64,000 bases of DNA. It comes from an uncultured archaeon. GTDB taxonomy: Archaea > Asgardarchaeota > Thorarchaeia > Thorarchaeales > Thorarchaeaceae. Positions 37,888-47,548 of this stretch are shown here, piece after piece. Below the pieces are notes generated by a model that was given only the letters and a program-made list of their open reading frames with translations, had not been told where the DNA came from and searched no databases. A program made the translations under genes and the position numbers. Each line of letters opens with the position of its first letter. Position 1 is the stretch's first letter. The stretch lies in assembly GCA_964610875.1 (NCBI GenBank), contig CAZSWP010000006.1, forward strand, positions 1 to 64,000, in the 5' to 3' direction.

Positions 37888-39210
37888 TCATACAGTAGGT
37901 GTATCTGAATTATCATGAATGAGGTTAATTCGATTTGAATATTTGAAAGACTGAAGAAGAATAACTACTCCAATTAGGACTAATATTATAGCTGCAATAA
38001 AGCTACCTCGATATGCATCAGCGTTCGTAAATCCCTGCAAAATTAGCAAATCTGCAACTGGTCCTGTAACAAGTGTAGCTGCGATTCCCCAGCTTAGGAA
38101 AAATGTTGCATTATAATATGCAAAAAGACGCCCTCTATATTCTTCTGGTGCCATTTTGGCAACTATAGAATAACTGGTTGACTCTATAATAATATGGGAT
38201 GCTCCAATAAGAAATGATGAGATTATTGATAACAGAAAGGTGGGTGCAATTATCAACCAAGCTATGCCAAATATGGAAAGAATGACTCCGAACATTAGGA
38301 ACCTATTATCGTCTGCTTTTGACACAACAGAACCTATCAGAAATCCTGTGAGCATTGATGCTATACTACCAACATTCCTATAAACTGCAATCATCTCTCC
38401 ACTTGCGCCAAACGCAGAGGGTTCAGCGAGGAAAATACTCGTGATGATAGCAATGGAGTTCCTTCCGAAATTGAGAAAGACCAAAGCTACTATGAATATG
38501 ATGTAACTATTCCTCAATTGTACAGGTAAATTCTTTAGATAATATCTCTCATTTGGCTCATCTTCTTCCTCCTCCCTACACTCGAGTTCTGCTTTTGATC
38601 TGATTGTGAAATAGACAATGAAGCTAGAGAATATCATAACAACAGCGGCAATATAGAATATACTCCCGTTACTGAAACCTGTCCCAAAATCATAAAGAAA
38701 TCCACCAAGAGTGGCACCAGCTATTCCCCCAAATCCACCAACGATTGATAGTTGTCCCATGACCTTCTTTCTTTCATTGTAATCGGTCAATTCAGAAATT
38801 AACGCAGACCAGCCTACATTAGACATGCTCCAGAAGACTTCAATTCCTCCCAGACTAAAGATAATGACATATCCAGCGACAACTAGTAGATTGAGGTTCA
38901 GAAAGTACTGATATCCTAAAACCATGAAAATATGGCCTAATCCTGCTAAGAATTCTCCAAACATCACAAAAGCTCTTGGTCTCTTGAACTTGTCCAAAGC
39001 ATTTCCCCAAAGGAATGATTGTGTTCCTGCATTTGCTATCATGCCCACCGTTGCCATTAGGGTCACTTCAGTGGTTGAGAGACCTAAGGACCGCAGATAG
39101 ATCGAAAGAAACGTGTACACAATTGACCGACGAAAGAGTGCCAAAAATTGGAAGGTAGAAAGTCCTGTGAATTCTCTTCCTCTGAGTCGAGAGTAATTCA
39201 AGGATCTCAA
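37888..39210 (-). CDS. MFS transporter
   Basis: 12 hydrophobic segments; WGNALDKFKR, APEEYRGRLF. Confidence 0.85.
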   Translation of the reverse strand: MRSLNYSRLRGREFTGLSTFQFLALFRRSIVYTFLSIYLRSLGLSTTEVTLMATVGMIANAGTQSFLWGNALDKFKRPRAFVMFGEFLAGLGHIFMVLGYQYFLNLNLLVVAGYVIIFSLGGIEVFWSMSNVGWSALISELTDYNERKKVMGQLSIVGGFGGIAGATLGGFLYDFGTGFSNGSIFYIAAVVMIFSSFIVYFTIRSKAELECREEEEDEPNERYYLKNLPVQLRNSYIIFIVALVFLNFGRNSIAIITSIFLAEPSAFGASGEMIAVYRNVGSIASMLTGFLIGSVVSKADDNRFLMFGVILSIFGIAWLIIAPTFLLSIISSFLIGASHIIIESTSYSIVAKMAPEEYRGRLFAYYNATFFLSWGIAATLVTGPVADLLILQGFTNADAYRGSFIAAIILVLIGVVILLQSFKYSNRINLIHDNSDTPTV

Positions 39211-39377
39211 TTTAGTCGCTCAACCCTCATGTTCTTAAAACGGTTATCCACTGACTATTAACCTGAACGATACGATTTTGAAATTGTTACAAAACCTTCC
39301 ATTCTCTCACGCCATGGATATAGCATGCTTTATTACAAAGTCCAACAAAACATTCCAGGTTACATTTGATTGGATAA

Positions 39378-39725
39378 GTGAACAATTTGGCATGTCGCGA
39401 AGAACAGATATCTGAACTTCTCATAGAACTTGATTCTGCTGATAAATCAAGAGTTGCTGAGATAATTGATTGTTTAGGAAGAAATATCGCACCAGATGAA
39501 TCTGAGAAATTTCGGACCGTGATTGTCAGATTTCTGAAGCCAATGACACTTGATGTTAGTGATTGGACTCGTCCTGCTATTAAGATAACACTTGAAGAGG
39601 CAGCAAAACGAAATATCAATCTCACCCTGAAACGAGGTCCGAAAACCTTCTCTTCGATAAGGCTCCCTACCGATAGTAGACTACTTGAGATGTTTGTAGA
39701 TGGTGTCTACTCTGGAGAATGGTAA
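39378..39725 (+). CDS. Hypothetical protein
   Basis: 115-aa ORF filling the gap. Confidence 0.55.
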   Translation: MNNLACREEQISELLIELDSADKSRVAEIIDCLGRNIAPDESEKFRTVIVRFLKPMTLDVSDWTRPAIKITLEEAAKRNINLTLKRGPKTFSSIRLPTDSRLLEMFVDGVYSGEW

Positions 39726-39747
39726 CACCTCAAGCGATGAAGATGTT

Positions 39748-41466
39748 TCATTTTCGCATTTCATAAATTCCCTTATAGGAATAGACTTCATTCCAAACCT
39801 CATTGAATCTATCGGCATCCACATATGGTTTTTTGATGCACCTTAGAAGTATCTCCTGCTGCTTTTCTGTACTACTAGGTTTTGAGTATAGTTGTAAAGC
39901 ATATTTGGAGAAGTCTCGAACCATGAAATCAAATATCTGATCCAGCAGAGCGTCATCAAGATTATGTGTTTTGGCGTTCTCAATTATGAGCTGACCGTAT
40001 ACTACCAAGCTAAAGAGTTCCCCTGCATTTAAGATGAAATCCAGGTCCTGTCCTTGTTTATCATCTGGTGTCGCTTGTGTCATAAAATCATTGAAGGTCT
40101 TGATTTGTTCCTTGAAGATATCCAAATTTGGTAGGTTTATACTATCGTAGGTTTTTCTATAGTCGTGAAATCGAATCAGGCTTGCACCTTTTGTTGGTCC
40201 CTGATTAAACATAAATTCATCATGAACTGGATCTTTTACTGTTGGTATCTTTGATTGATTTTCCGCCATAAAGAAGTAAGCTGGCATGAATTTGATGATT
40301 TGTGCCATATTTACGTGAACGGTCCCCTCCAGTTTTGGTAATGCTCTGATATCTCTTGTTGCTGCTGAAAAATAGGTTTCACCTTCAAAGCCTCGTGCTG
40401 CAATAATATCCCAGAGACCATCAATTACCTTCTCTCCTTCACTAGTAACCTTCATCTTCACAAGGCTATTGTAGAGAATGTATCTCCTATCTTCTAGCGA
40501 TGCCGCTCTCATATAATCCCCTGCACGCATTGCAAACAATTTCATTGCCACTAAACGTGCATACGAATCAACAAAGAGCTGACGAATATGTGAGAAATCG
40601 GTCACCCACTTCCCATAGAGATTCCTATTTGCTGCATGATTAATGGCTTCGTAGAATGCATGAGTACATATCCCAATTGAAGCCCAACCCAGATTATACT
40701 TGCATAGATTTACGGTGTTCAATGTTGAGTCCCAAGCATCACGTCCTGTTGAAAGAATATCCTCATCAGTTATTGGATAGTTGTTCACTCTATATTCTGC
40801 TACATATGATTGCACGGCAACAAGGTCTCTGACACATTCGTATTTCTCATGTTGAGAATCAGCAACAAAGAAAACATAGTTGCCGTATTTCTCATCATCA
40901 GGATGAATCGATGGTTCAGTCTTTCCAAATATTGACACTAAGCTAGCTATATTTCCGTTTCCAATGTAGTACTTACTCCCTGATGCTTCATATGCCCCAT
41001 CATCAATTTTCTTTAGTAGCATCTCACTGGAATAGATATCTGCTCCATGCTCTTTCTCGCTCAGTCCAAATGCAAAAACTCCTCCTTCCTTGAGAAGCTG
41101 AGCAGTTTTGCGTTTGACAATCTCATTATCACTCATCCAAATAGGACCTAATCCAAGTGCTGATACCTGCCATGTGTACCAGTAATGTAATCCATAAAAA
41201 GCAAGAATCTCATTGAACTCCATGTTTCTATAAGTATCCCATCGGCAATCTTTCTCGCCATAACTTGGTGGAGTCAGAAGTTTGTAGAAAATTTTTTCTC
41301 CCTCTACGAAATCAAGAAAATCTTGATACCATACCATTGCATGGTCATCGTTCTTCAGTTTGATTTTGCCTTTCTGTTCAAAGAATTGTACTGTCTTTTT
41401 CATGATTTCTTCTGTTGTATCATCTGAGTAACTTCTTGTCAGATTATTCGGATTTAGTAATATCAT
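39748..41466 (-). CDS. Acyl-CoA dehydrogenase family protein
   Basis: AFGLSEKEHGADI, GSKYYIGNG, R.LYG, ARGFE, KLEGTVHVN. Confidence 0.92.
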   Translation of the reverse strand: MILLNPNNLTRSYSDDTTEEIMKKTVQFFEQKGKIKLKNDDHAMVWYQDFLDFVEGEKIFYKLLTPPSYGEKDCRWDTYRNMEFNEILAFYGLHYWYTWQVSALGLGPIWMSDNEIVKRKTAQLLKEGGVFAFGLSEKEHGADIYSSEMLLKKIDDGAYEASGSKYYIGNGNIASLVSIFGKTEPSIHPDDEKYGNYVFFVADSQHEKYECVRDLVAVQSYVAEYRVNNYPITDEDILSTGRDAWDSTLNTVNLCKYNLGWASIGICTHAFYEAINHAANRNLYGKWVTDFSHIRQLFVDSYARLVAMKLFAMRAGDYMRAASLEDRRYILYNSLVKMKVTSEGEKVIDGLWDIIAARGFEGETYFSAATRDIRALPKLEGTVHVNMAQIIKFMPAYFFMAENQSKIPTVKDPVHDEFMFNQGPTKGASLIRFHDYRKTYDSINLPNLDIFKEQIKTFNDFMTQATPDDKQGQDLDFILNAGELFSLVVYGQLIIENAKTHNLDDALLDQIFDFMVRDFSKYALQLYSKPSSTEKQQEILLRCIKKPYVDADRFNEVWNEVYSYKGIYEMRK

Positions 41467-41635
41467 GTGCCGCCGACTCCAGAATTATTACACAGTAATT
41501 GGTCCGTAAAATGTCTTCTTGTTGAAGTATGTAGAAAATTCTGCACTCTAATTTGCTTGAATACACATAGCTATGTCACCACAATCCTAAATAGAACTCA
41601 GAGTAACACTCGTAAACAGTCAGACGAAGGAGACT

Positions 41636-42670
41636 ATGATAATGGCTTCCGATGCACAAGCAGCGGACATGTACAAATGTCCTGTCTGTAATGGAAATGT
41701 GCGTGTCGGGCCGGATGACGTTGTGATTACCTGTACCTATTGTGGTAGCACTACTACCATAGATGGCAAGGAGATTGGAGAACACCTGATGGTCGTTGGT
41801 GTTGACACTGATGAACGACTGAAGTTCTTCAGGGAATTCCTTGACAAGAACAAAGGGATGAATAAATCGCTACTGACGAATTTTCAGGTCGTCGAGAACA
41901 GGATCATCTTCGTTCCGGTTTGGACCGCCAAGGTAAAAGCTGATAGCTGGTATAAGGGCTACAAGACTGTCCAAGTACCGGTGCAGCGCCAAGAGAGTTA
42001 TACTGACAGTGAAGGTAATAGAAGAACCCGCACTGTCACAGAATACGAGACTGGATATGTACCTGTCCAGGATGAGATTCATACTGACACTGATGAACGC
42101 CTTCTCGCTAGGAAAGGTGCAAGGTTCTATGGTCTTGAAGAGTATTTGGCTGAAATCAGCCTCAAGAATGCAGAAACCTACAATTTTGAAAGAATCAAGG
42201 ACCTTGAACCTGCAATCCTTAATGCAGAAATTGATTCTGAGGAGTTTGAGAAGACTGTACATGGACGTGTTGCAGATAGACATCGTAGTCAGGCAAAGAG
42301 CGGTCTAGCAGAGCTCTTTGATTGTCGAACAACTACAAATGTTAGAGGTACAACATACCTTCAAGCACCCTTCTCTCTAATACGTTATAAATTTCAAGGT
42401 GACCTTTACAAGTGTGCTCTTGATGGACATTCTGGTAAAGTGGTTCTTGGTGAGATTCCAATCACAATGGCACAGAGAGCAATATGGACATTGGTTGGAA
42501 TAATAGGTACAATACTCTCAGGTGTAGGTGCAGAGCTTGCATTATTGGGATTTGGTACCGATTCTCTCGCATTCATGGGAGGCGGGATTGGTGCAGTGAT
42601 TGTAGGAATAATTCTTGCATTCTTTGGATTCAAGACATTGCTGATGACTCAGCGGGAGAAGAAGGGGTGA
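41636..42670 (+). CDS. Zinc-ribbon protein with C-terminal TM hairpin
   Basis: CPVCNG...CTYCG, FVPVW, Y.F....Y...LDGHSG, two TMs. Confidence 0.85.
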   Translation: MIMASDAQAADMYKCPVCNGNVRVGPDDVVITCTYCGSTTTIDGKEIGEHLMVVGVDTDERLKFFREFLDKNKGMNKSLLTNFQVVENRIIFVPVWTAKVKADSWYKGYKTVQVPVQRQESYTDSEGNRRTRTVTEYETGYVPVQDEIHTDTDERLLARKGARFYGLEEYLAEISLKNAETYNFERIKDLEPAILNAEIDSEEFEKTVHGRVADRHRSQAKSGLAELFDCRTTTNVRGTTYLQAPFSLIRYKFQGDLYKCALDGHSGKVVLGEIPITMAQRAIWTLVGIIGTILSGVGAELALLGFGTDSLAFMGGGIGAVIVGIILAFFGFKTLLMTQREKKG

Positions 42671-42674
42671 TCAT

Positions 42675-43643
42675 ATGGCAAGATGTAACTTTTGTGATGC
42701 CGACTTTGAAACAGGACCTGGAGATGTTCTTCTAGTATGTCCGTACTGTGGAACTGCTCAGACTACTGAGGGTGCAAAGTTTAAGGATCACTACATGATT
42801 CGTGTGCATTTCGACCAGCATGAAGCACAGACAGTATTGCTTGATTGGGTTTCTAAGCAACTCGGAGCACCACAAGATCTCCCCGTCAGAGCTCAATTTG
42901 TGCAATACAAACAGATATGGTATCCGTTCTGGATCAGTCGCGTGGACTCGCATTCTACTTACCAAGGACTCGGTAAAGATGCCAATTTCTACGGTGAGTG
43001 GCCTCAGAGAAGAGGTGCTTACAAGAGGATTGACTTCTTCTGGAAACCTGAATCTGGACAATTTACTCGTCGCCATGAGATTAAGATATCTGCAGTAGAA
43101 AGTGTTGATGAAGACATAAAGGCTCATCCTATTCCTACTCGCTCGAAAGAGTACTTCAGTCATGCACATGCTGAGGAATTTGATGGTAAGGTCCTTCATA
43201 GTGAGATGTCTGAAGACGACGCAAAAGCTCTAGCAAAGAAAAGAGCTTTTGAAAAACAGACTGCCCTCATAATGGATGAAGTTGATAAGATTGAATCTAG
43301 AAATGACCAACTCGATGTTGGAGAAACATTCCTAATTCATATTCCTGTTTGGGAGTTGACCTACCGTTATGGCAACAGAAAATACAAAGCTTCAGTAGCA
43401 GCATCAACAGGCTACGTTATTGAGAGCAAGTATCCTCGCTCCATGGCTTTCAGAGCAATGGGTGTAGGATTCGGCTTGATAATGCTCTTGGTCGGAGTGG
43501 GTTTGATTGCGTTAGCCGCTGGTGTACTTGGATTCACAATATTTCCTGCGGGTGGATTCGTATCAGGTGGCATTCTAGCGGTACTTGGTTTGATGCTATT
43601 GTATAAAGGAGTTTCACGAAAAGAAGCCAAAGAGGAGATTTAG
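42675..43643 (+). CDS. Zinc-ribbon protein with C-terminal TM hairpin (paralog of the upstream gene)
   Basis: CNFCD...CPYCG, WYPFW, HIPVW..Y.Y....Y, two TMs. Confidence 0.85.
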   Translation: MARCNFCDADFETGPGDVLLVCPYCGTAQTTEGAKFKDHYMIRVHFDQHEAQTVLLDWVSKQLGAPQDLPVRAQFVQYKQIWYPFWISRVDSHSTYQGLGKDANFYGEWPQRRGAYKRIDFFWKPESGQFTRRHEIKISAVESVDEDIKAHPIPTRSKEYFSHAHAEEFDGKVLHSEMSEDDAKALAKKRAFEKQTALIMDEVDKIESRNDQLDVGETFLIHIPVWELTYRYGNRKYKASVAASTGYVIESKYPRSMAFRAMGVGFGLIMLLVGVGLIALAAGVLGFTIFPAGGFVSGGILAVLGLMLLYKGVSRKEAKEEI

Positions 43644-43676
43644 AGGAACTATCCTCTCCTCCTTCTTTCTTTTTAT
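43642..43676 (+). terminator. Hairpin plus pyrimidine tract
   Basis: AGAGGA-ACTA-TCCTCT followed by a T/C-rich run. Confidence 0.45.
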
Positions 43677-44852
43677 TTATTTAATGCGTCCAGTGATTGG
43701 ACTTTCTTCAAAACCAATTCTCTCCAAAAGGGGAATTCCTTCTGACCAGAATGCCAATGGAGGTTGTAAGATATTTTCCATGATGACTGAGAGATTAGTC
43801 ATAGTATCTAACTCCATCTTTTCCTGCGAAAGCGCTTTACTCACACCACTTCTAGCAACCCAAGGTCCTAGGATGTTGTTCTTATTTGAGGGCGAGAAAT
43901 GGAGTATTACTTTATGTGAACTGGAATTGCTTTCTATCATGCTCCTGTATGCTGAAAATCTAGAATGAGCTGCATACATTGCTGTTCGAGCATCTGATGT
44001 CATCTTTGATAGAGATTCGAAGCTATATCCCTTACGATAACCATTGTCATCTTTTGTTACATTCACATAGTCTACTCGTGATTCTCCCGGTTTAGATATT
44101 ACAACAAATGTATCTCCGAGGACATTTGCTGTCTGAAAACTGATCGAGTCAACCGTGCTTTTCTCACTTAGTTCCATTAGTGCCATGTCGATGTATGTAT
44201 CAATCGCAATTTTAAGCGAGCTTCTCATAGGCACCATTCTACGATTCTTGTGTTTTCCAAGAAGACCAACACAGATCAAACGTGCAGTCTGCTCAAGGGA
44301 ATAATCATAGCCAATCAGTTGCCAGATTGCTTCAGCTGCATGTACATCCTTCTCTGTTATTCTCTGTGCAACAAGGCTGATTTCAGGTTCTGTTAGGAGT
44401 GTGATTTCTCTTACTGGAACCAAAGGTCCAGCAGGCAGCTGTCCTCCAAGTGTTGTAAGGTGGCGTGGAGGCAGGGTGGGACCTTCCACGCCGATTGCGA
44501 CTGGACTTACTGAGAGAGCTATTTTTTGCAGGGTTTCCACAACATCTTTCGGTGTTCGTGATCGTGCATCTACCGGGAGCTGGAATTGATACAATGACCT
44601 ACGCATAGAGAGTATGGCATCTCTACCAATGCCCTCCCATGTATCTGGGTGGTCGAAAATTGAAAGATGTTCTGAAGGTTGAGTTGTTCCAAGAACTCCA
44701 GCGTGCATGATGGGATATTTAGCGGCATTCATACAAATGCCCGGTGGAGTAAAGATTGTGAAGCTTTGAGAATGTGTAGTTTGTTTCGTCAGGCGTATCT
44801 GCCTAGACACAATATGACCTGTTGACACTGCCGCCACCTTAGCTTGAGTCAT
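43677..44852 (-). CDS. Divergent Nre (DUF650/DUF651) DNA-repair family protein
   Basis: TPPGI....KYP...G, D.P..W.G.....I...R, VGLLG...R.MVP.R.S..A.D, and LGPWVARSGV match the Nre core pattern. Confidence 0.7.
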   Translation of the reverse strand: MTQAKVAAVSTGHIVSRQIRLTKQTTHSQSFTIFTPPGICMNAAKYPIMHAGVLGTTQPSEHLSIFDHPDTWEGIGRDAILSMRRSLYQFQLPVDARSRTPKDVVETLQKIALSVSPVAIGVEGPTLPPRHLTTLGGQLPAGPLVPVREITLLTEPEISLVAQRITEKDVHAAEAIWQLIGYDYSLEQTARLICVGLLGKHKNRRMVPMRSSLKIAIDTYIDMALMELSEKSTVDSISFQTANVLGDTFVVISKPGESRVDYVNVTKDDNGYRKGYSFESLSKMTSDARTAMYAAHSRFSAYRSMIESNSSSHKVILHFSPSNKNNILGPWVARSGVSKALSQEKMELDTMTNLSVIMENILQPPLAFWSEGIPLLERIGFEESPITGRIK

Positions 44853-45005
44853 GTACCTTACTCTCTGAGTTGCTAAGGAGATTCCTGCCAACAAGTGTTC
44901 ATTAGAACGTATACGGATGGTCTGGAGGGAGATGCCCGAAAGTACTCTCTCTTCTATTTCGCTCTAATATCTCGAAATAGCAATATAGAGGGCGAATGGC
45001 AGCTA

Positions 45006-46214
45006 CTACAAACACCCTATGTTTTCCTTAAGTTTTGCTACAATTTGATGGAACTTTTCCCTATATTCATCAGTCGTTGGAAAACCTCCTGTAAACACTT
45101 CTTTACTTCCTCCGCCCTTACCTCCCATCTCCAATATAATATCCTTAATGTAATCTGATGCGTCTTGTTCCATTTCATTCGTCCAAAAAACAAAATTGCA
45201 TTTTTCTGATACTCCCATATAGAATATAGCTAAAGGACCTTCGAGTTTCATTGACAGGATCATGTTTCTGATGATTCCTGCATCGAATCCTGGAAGAATC
45301 TGATACATGAATTTGACATCATTCAGTTCTTCTACTCTCGGTCCATTTTCTAGAAGACTAGAAATGGTTTCTACCATCGCTTCTTTCTCTTCGATATTTT
45401 TCTTTGCTTTATCAAGAACGGGTCCAATCTGGTTCATCTCATACGGATATTCTATCTTTCTTGAGAGGACCTTATTGTATAAATTAACGACCTGATCAAT
45501 GGCTTTTGGTCCTGTCATGAATTCGATACGGGTCTTATCCGGCAGTATCTTGTAATCGGTTATTTTGAAAAATTGAATTTCACTTGAATTTTCGACATGG
45601 AGTCCAGAACATGCTGAGGAGTCATAGTTTCCAACACTCACAATTCTGATAGGTCCTTCCTTTGATTGTACTCCTTCACGTGCTCGGACGCTTTCATCAA
45701 GTTCTTCACCTTTTACTATTTTCGTCTTTATTGGTAGTTCTTGATTTATGATATCTTGGACAGCTCTCTCCGCATTGAATAGATCATCAGTAGTGATTGC
45801 TTCACCATGTACATCAACTGTTCCTCTCTCACCATCAATCCAGATGTATCCAAGAGACCTAGACGGATTTTGTCTTATCATGCTGGCAACAAAGAGATGC
45901 TCAGCGGTATGATTTCGTCTTGATGCGTTTCTCCATTCCTTGTCGATGATTAGTTTGACCTTCTTTCCACTAGATATTTCAGAATCGATAAGGAGGGCTA
46001 TCACTCCATCGTCCATTAGAGTATCATAGAAAGGGACTCTTTTGTCGTCAACAACTATCCATCCTTTTTCCCCTGCCTGACATCCCCCTTCAGGTCTTAC
46101 TACATTTTTATTTATCTGCACCACAAATTTGCCATCCCTTGATTTGCAAGAGAGTACACTCACTGAAAACTCGCCTTTCTGTGTATCTTCCCAGTATGGA
46201 TATTGCATTTGCAA
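45006..46214 (-). CDS. alaX: Free-standing alanyl-tRNA editing protein (AlaX, large form with DHHA1)
   Basis: PEGGCQAGEKG, HTAEH, CSGLH Zn motifs, GGKGGGS. Confidence 0.9.
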   Translation of the reverse strand: MQMQYPYWEDTQKGEFSVSVLSCKSRDGKFVVQINKNVVRPEGGCQAGEKGWIVVDDKRVPFYDTLMDDGVIALLIDSEISSGKKVKLIIDKEWRNASRRNHTAEHLFVASMIRQNPSRSLGYIWIDGERGTVDVHGEAITTDDLFNAERAVQDIINQELPIKTKIVKGEELDESVRAREGVQSKEGPIRIVSVGNYDSSACSGLHVENSSEIQFFKITDYKILPDKTRIEFMTGPKAIDQVVNLYNKVLSRKIEYPYEMNQIGPVLDKAKKNIEEKEAMVETISSLLENGPRVEELNDVKFMYQILPGFDAGIIRNMILSMKLEGPLAIFYMGVSEKCNFVFWTNEMEQDASDYIKDIILEMGGKGGGSKEVFTGGFPTTDEYREKFHQIVAKLKENIGCL

Positions 46215-46295
46215 CTACCACCTAATAGCCGAAAGCAATAATACATGTATATCTTGCTCTTAGTTCGTCGAGAGAATAAGGAGTGCTACAGGCAA

Positions 46296-47546
46296 ATGTT
46301 TGGATTCCTAAAAAGAGACCCTGTTGAACGTGCGAAGAAACATGTTGAGAAAGCATTGAAAGAAATCGAAGATGACTATTACGATTATGCCAGCGATGAA
46401 TATGAAAAAGCGGCTCGTTTGTTCTTTGAAGCAGGTCGTAATGATTTTGCAGTCAAGTACTTCAGAGAAGCTGCATATTGTGCACTCGCGATGGAGAATC
46501 ATAATAGAGCAGGGGAGATGAAAATAATTGCTGCAGAAACTGTCGTTGGAGATGCGATGTTCAATGAGGGTGGTTCATTATATGCTGAGTCTTCAGACCA
46601 CTATCATAGGACCAAAAGAATGAAGGAATCTATTAATTCATTATCAATGGCGATAATTTGTTATCTGGCTGCTAGGAATTTTGACACCGCTGTGAATATG
46701 ATACGCAAAGCTGACAAACGCTTAGGTAAGAAGAAAACCACTACTCCTCTTTACGATCTAGCGAAATTGGGAGTTAGCGTTCTAGTTGAGGGTGAAAGCA
46801 CTTCTCCCGATATTTTAGAAAAGACAATCTCAAAAGCAAAACCAAAAGAGACCAATGTGGGTCTTTTCAATTTCATTGGCGATTCATTGAAAATCGCTCA
46901 AGAAACTGAAGTTGTCATTGAGTGGGCAGGGAAGGTTCATGAAGAAGTCAATGCAAAGACACCAATTGAATTCGAATTGAGATACAAATGTCCTGCTGAT
47001 GTCAGAGTCACGGAATACAAGTTTTCGCTATCAAATAGTGTTGTATTTGAGAAAGAGCCCGGGATTGATAAAACCGTACGTTCCAAGGATGGTTCATGGC
47101 TGATGGTCATAAAACCCGTTCTTAGTGGTGAAGGTACAGTCGGACCATTTAGATTGACACTTGATGGTGATGAAGTGTTAGTTCATAAACACAGCAATAA
47201 AATCGATTTTCGAATTGCTAGAGCTCCGTCCAACCTAGTTATGCATGTGACACCAAAGAAGCTCTCCTGTGATTTGGGTGAAGAGTTGGTTTTAGATGTC
47301 ACAATCAAAAATGAAGGGGACGGTCCTGCAGACAACATTCGTGTTGGTACCGAGCTAACTGATGGCTTGGAACTTTCAATTGGTCTACCAGAAAAACAGA
47401 TACAATTCATCGGCCCTGGTGAGAAGATGGTGTTTCAGGTTTATGTGAAAGGGATTGGGTTCGGTGAAGGTACTGCAAAGATATGCTTGACAGATGAGAA
47501 GGATGGCTCTGAAATAACTGAATCTGTCAGTATAACTGTGGGTTAG
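46296..47546 (+). CDS. SNAP-like TPR solenoid fused to two Ig-like (DUF11/CARDB-like) domains
   Basis: ASDEYEKAARLF..AVKYFREAA..GGSLYAESSDHY repeats; C-terminal GEE....VTIKNEGDGPA.NI and IGPGE. Confidence 0.75.
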   Translation: MFGFLKRDPVERAKKHVEKALKEIEDDYYDYASDEYEKAARLFFEAGRNDFAVKYFREAAYCALAMENHNRAGEMKIIAAETVVGDAMFNEGGSLYAESSDHYHRTKRMKESINSLSMAIICYLAARNFDTAVNMIRKADKRLGKKKTTTPLYDLAKLGVSVLVEGESTSPDILEKTISKAKPKETNVGLFNFIGDSLKIAQETEVVIEWAGKVHEEVNAKTPIEFELRYKCPADVRVTEYKFSLSNSVVFEKEPGIDKTVRSKDGSWLMVIKPVLSGEGTVGPFRLTLDGDEVLVHKHSNKIDFRIARAPSNLVMHVTPKKLSCDLGEELVLDVTIKNEGDGPADNIRVGTELTDGLELSIGLPEKQIQFIGPGEKMVFQVYVKGIGFGEGTAKICLTDEKDGSEITESVSITVG

Positions 47547-47548
47547 CG

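Noticed and set aside
44896-44909. GTTC-N4-GAAC upstream of the nre-like gene as an SOS box
   Set aside because: It is the inverse arrangement of the Gram-positive LexA box, has only 4-bp arms, and is not seen before the other repair gene.
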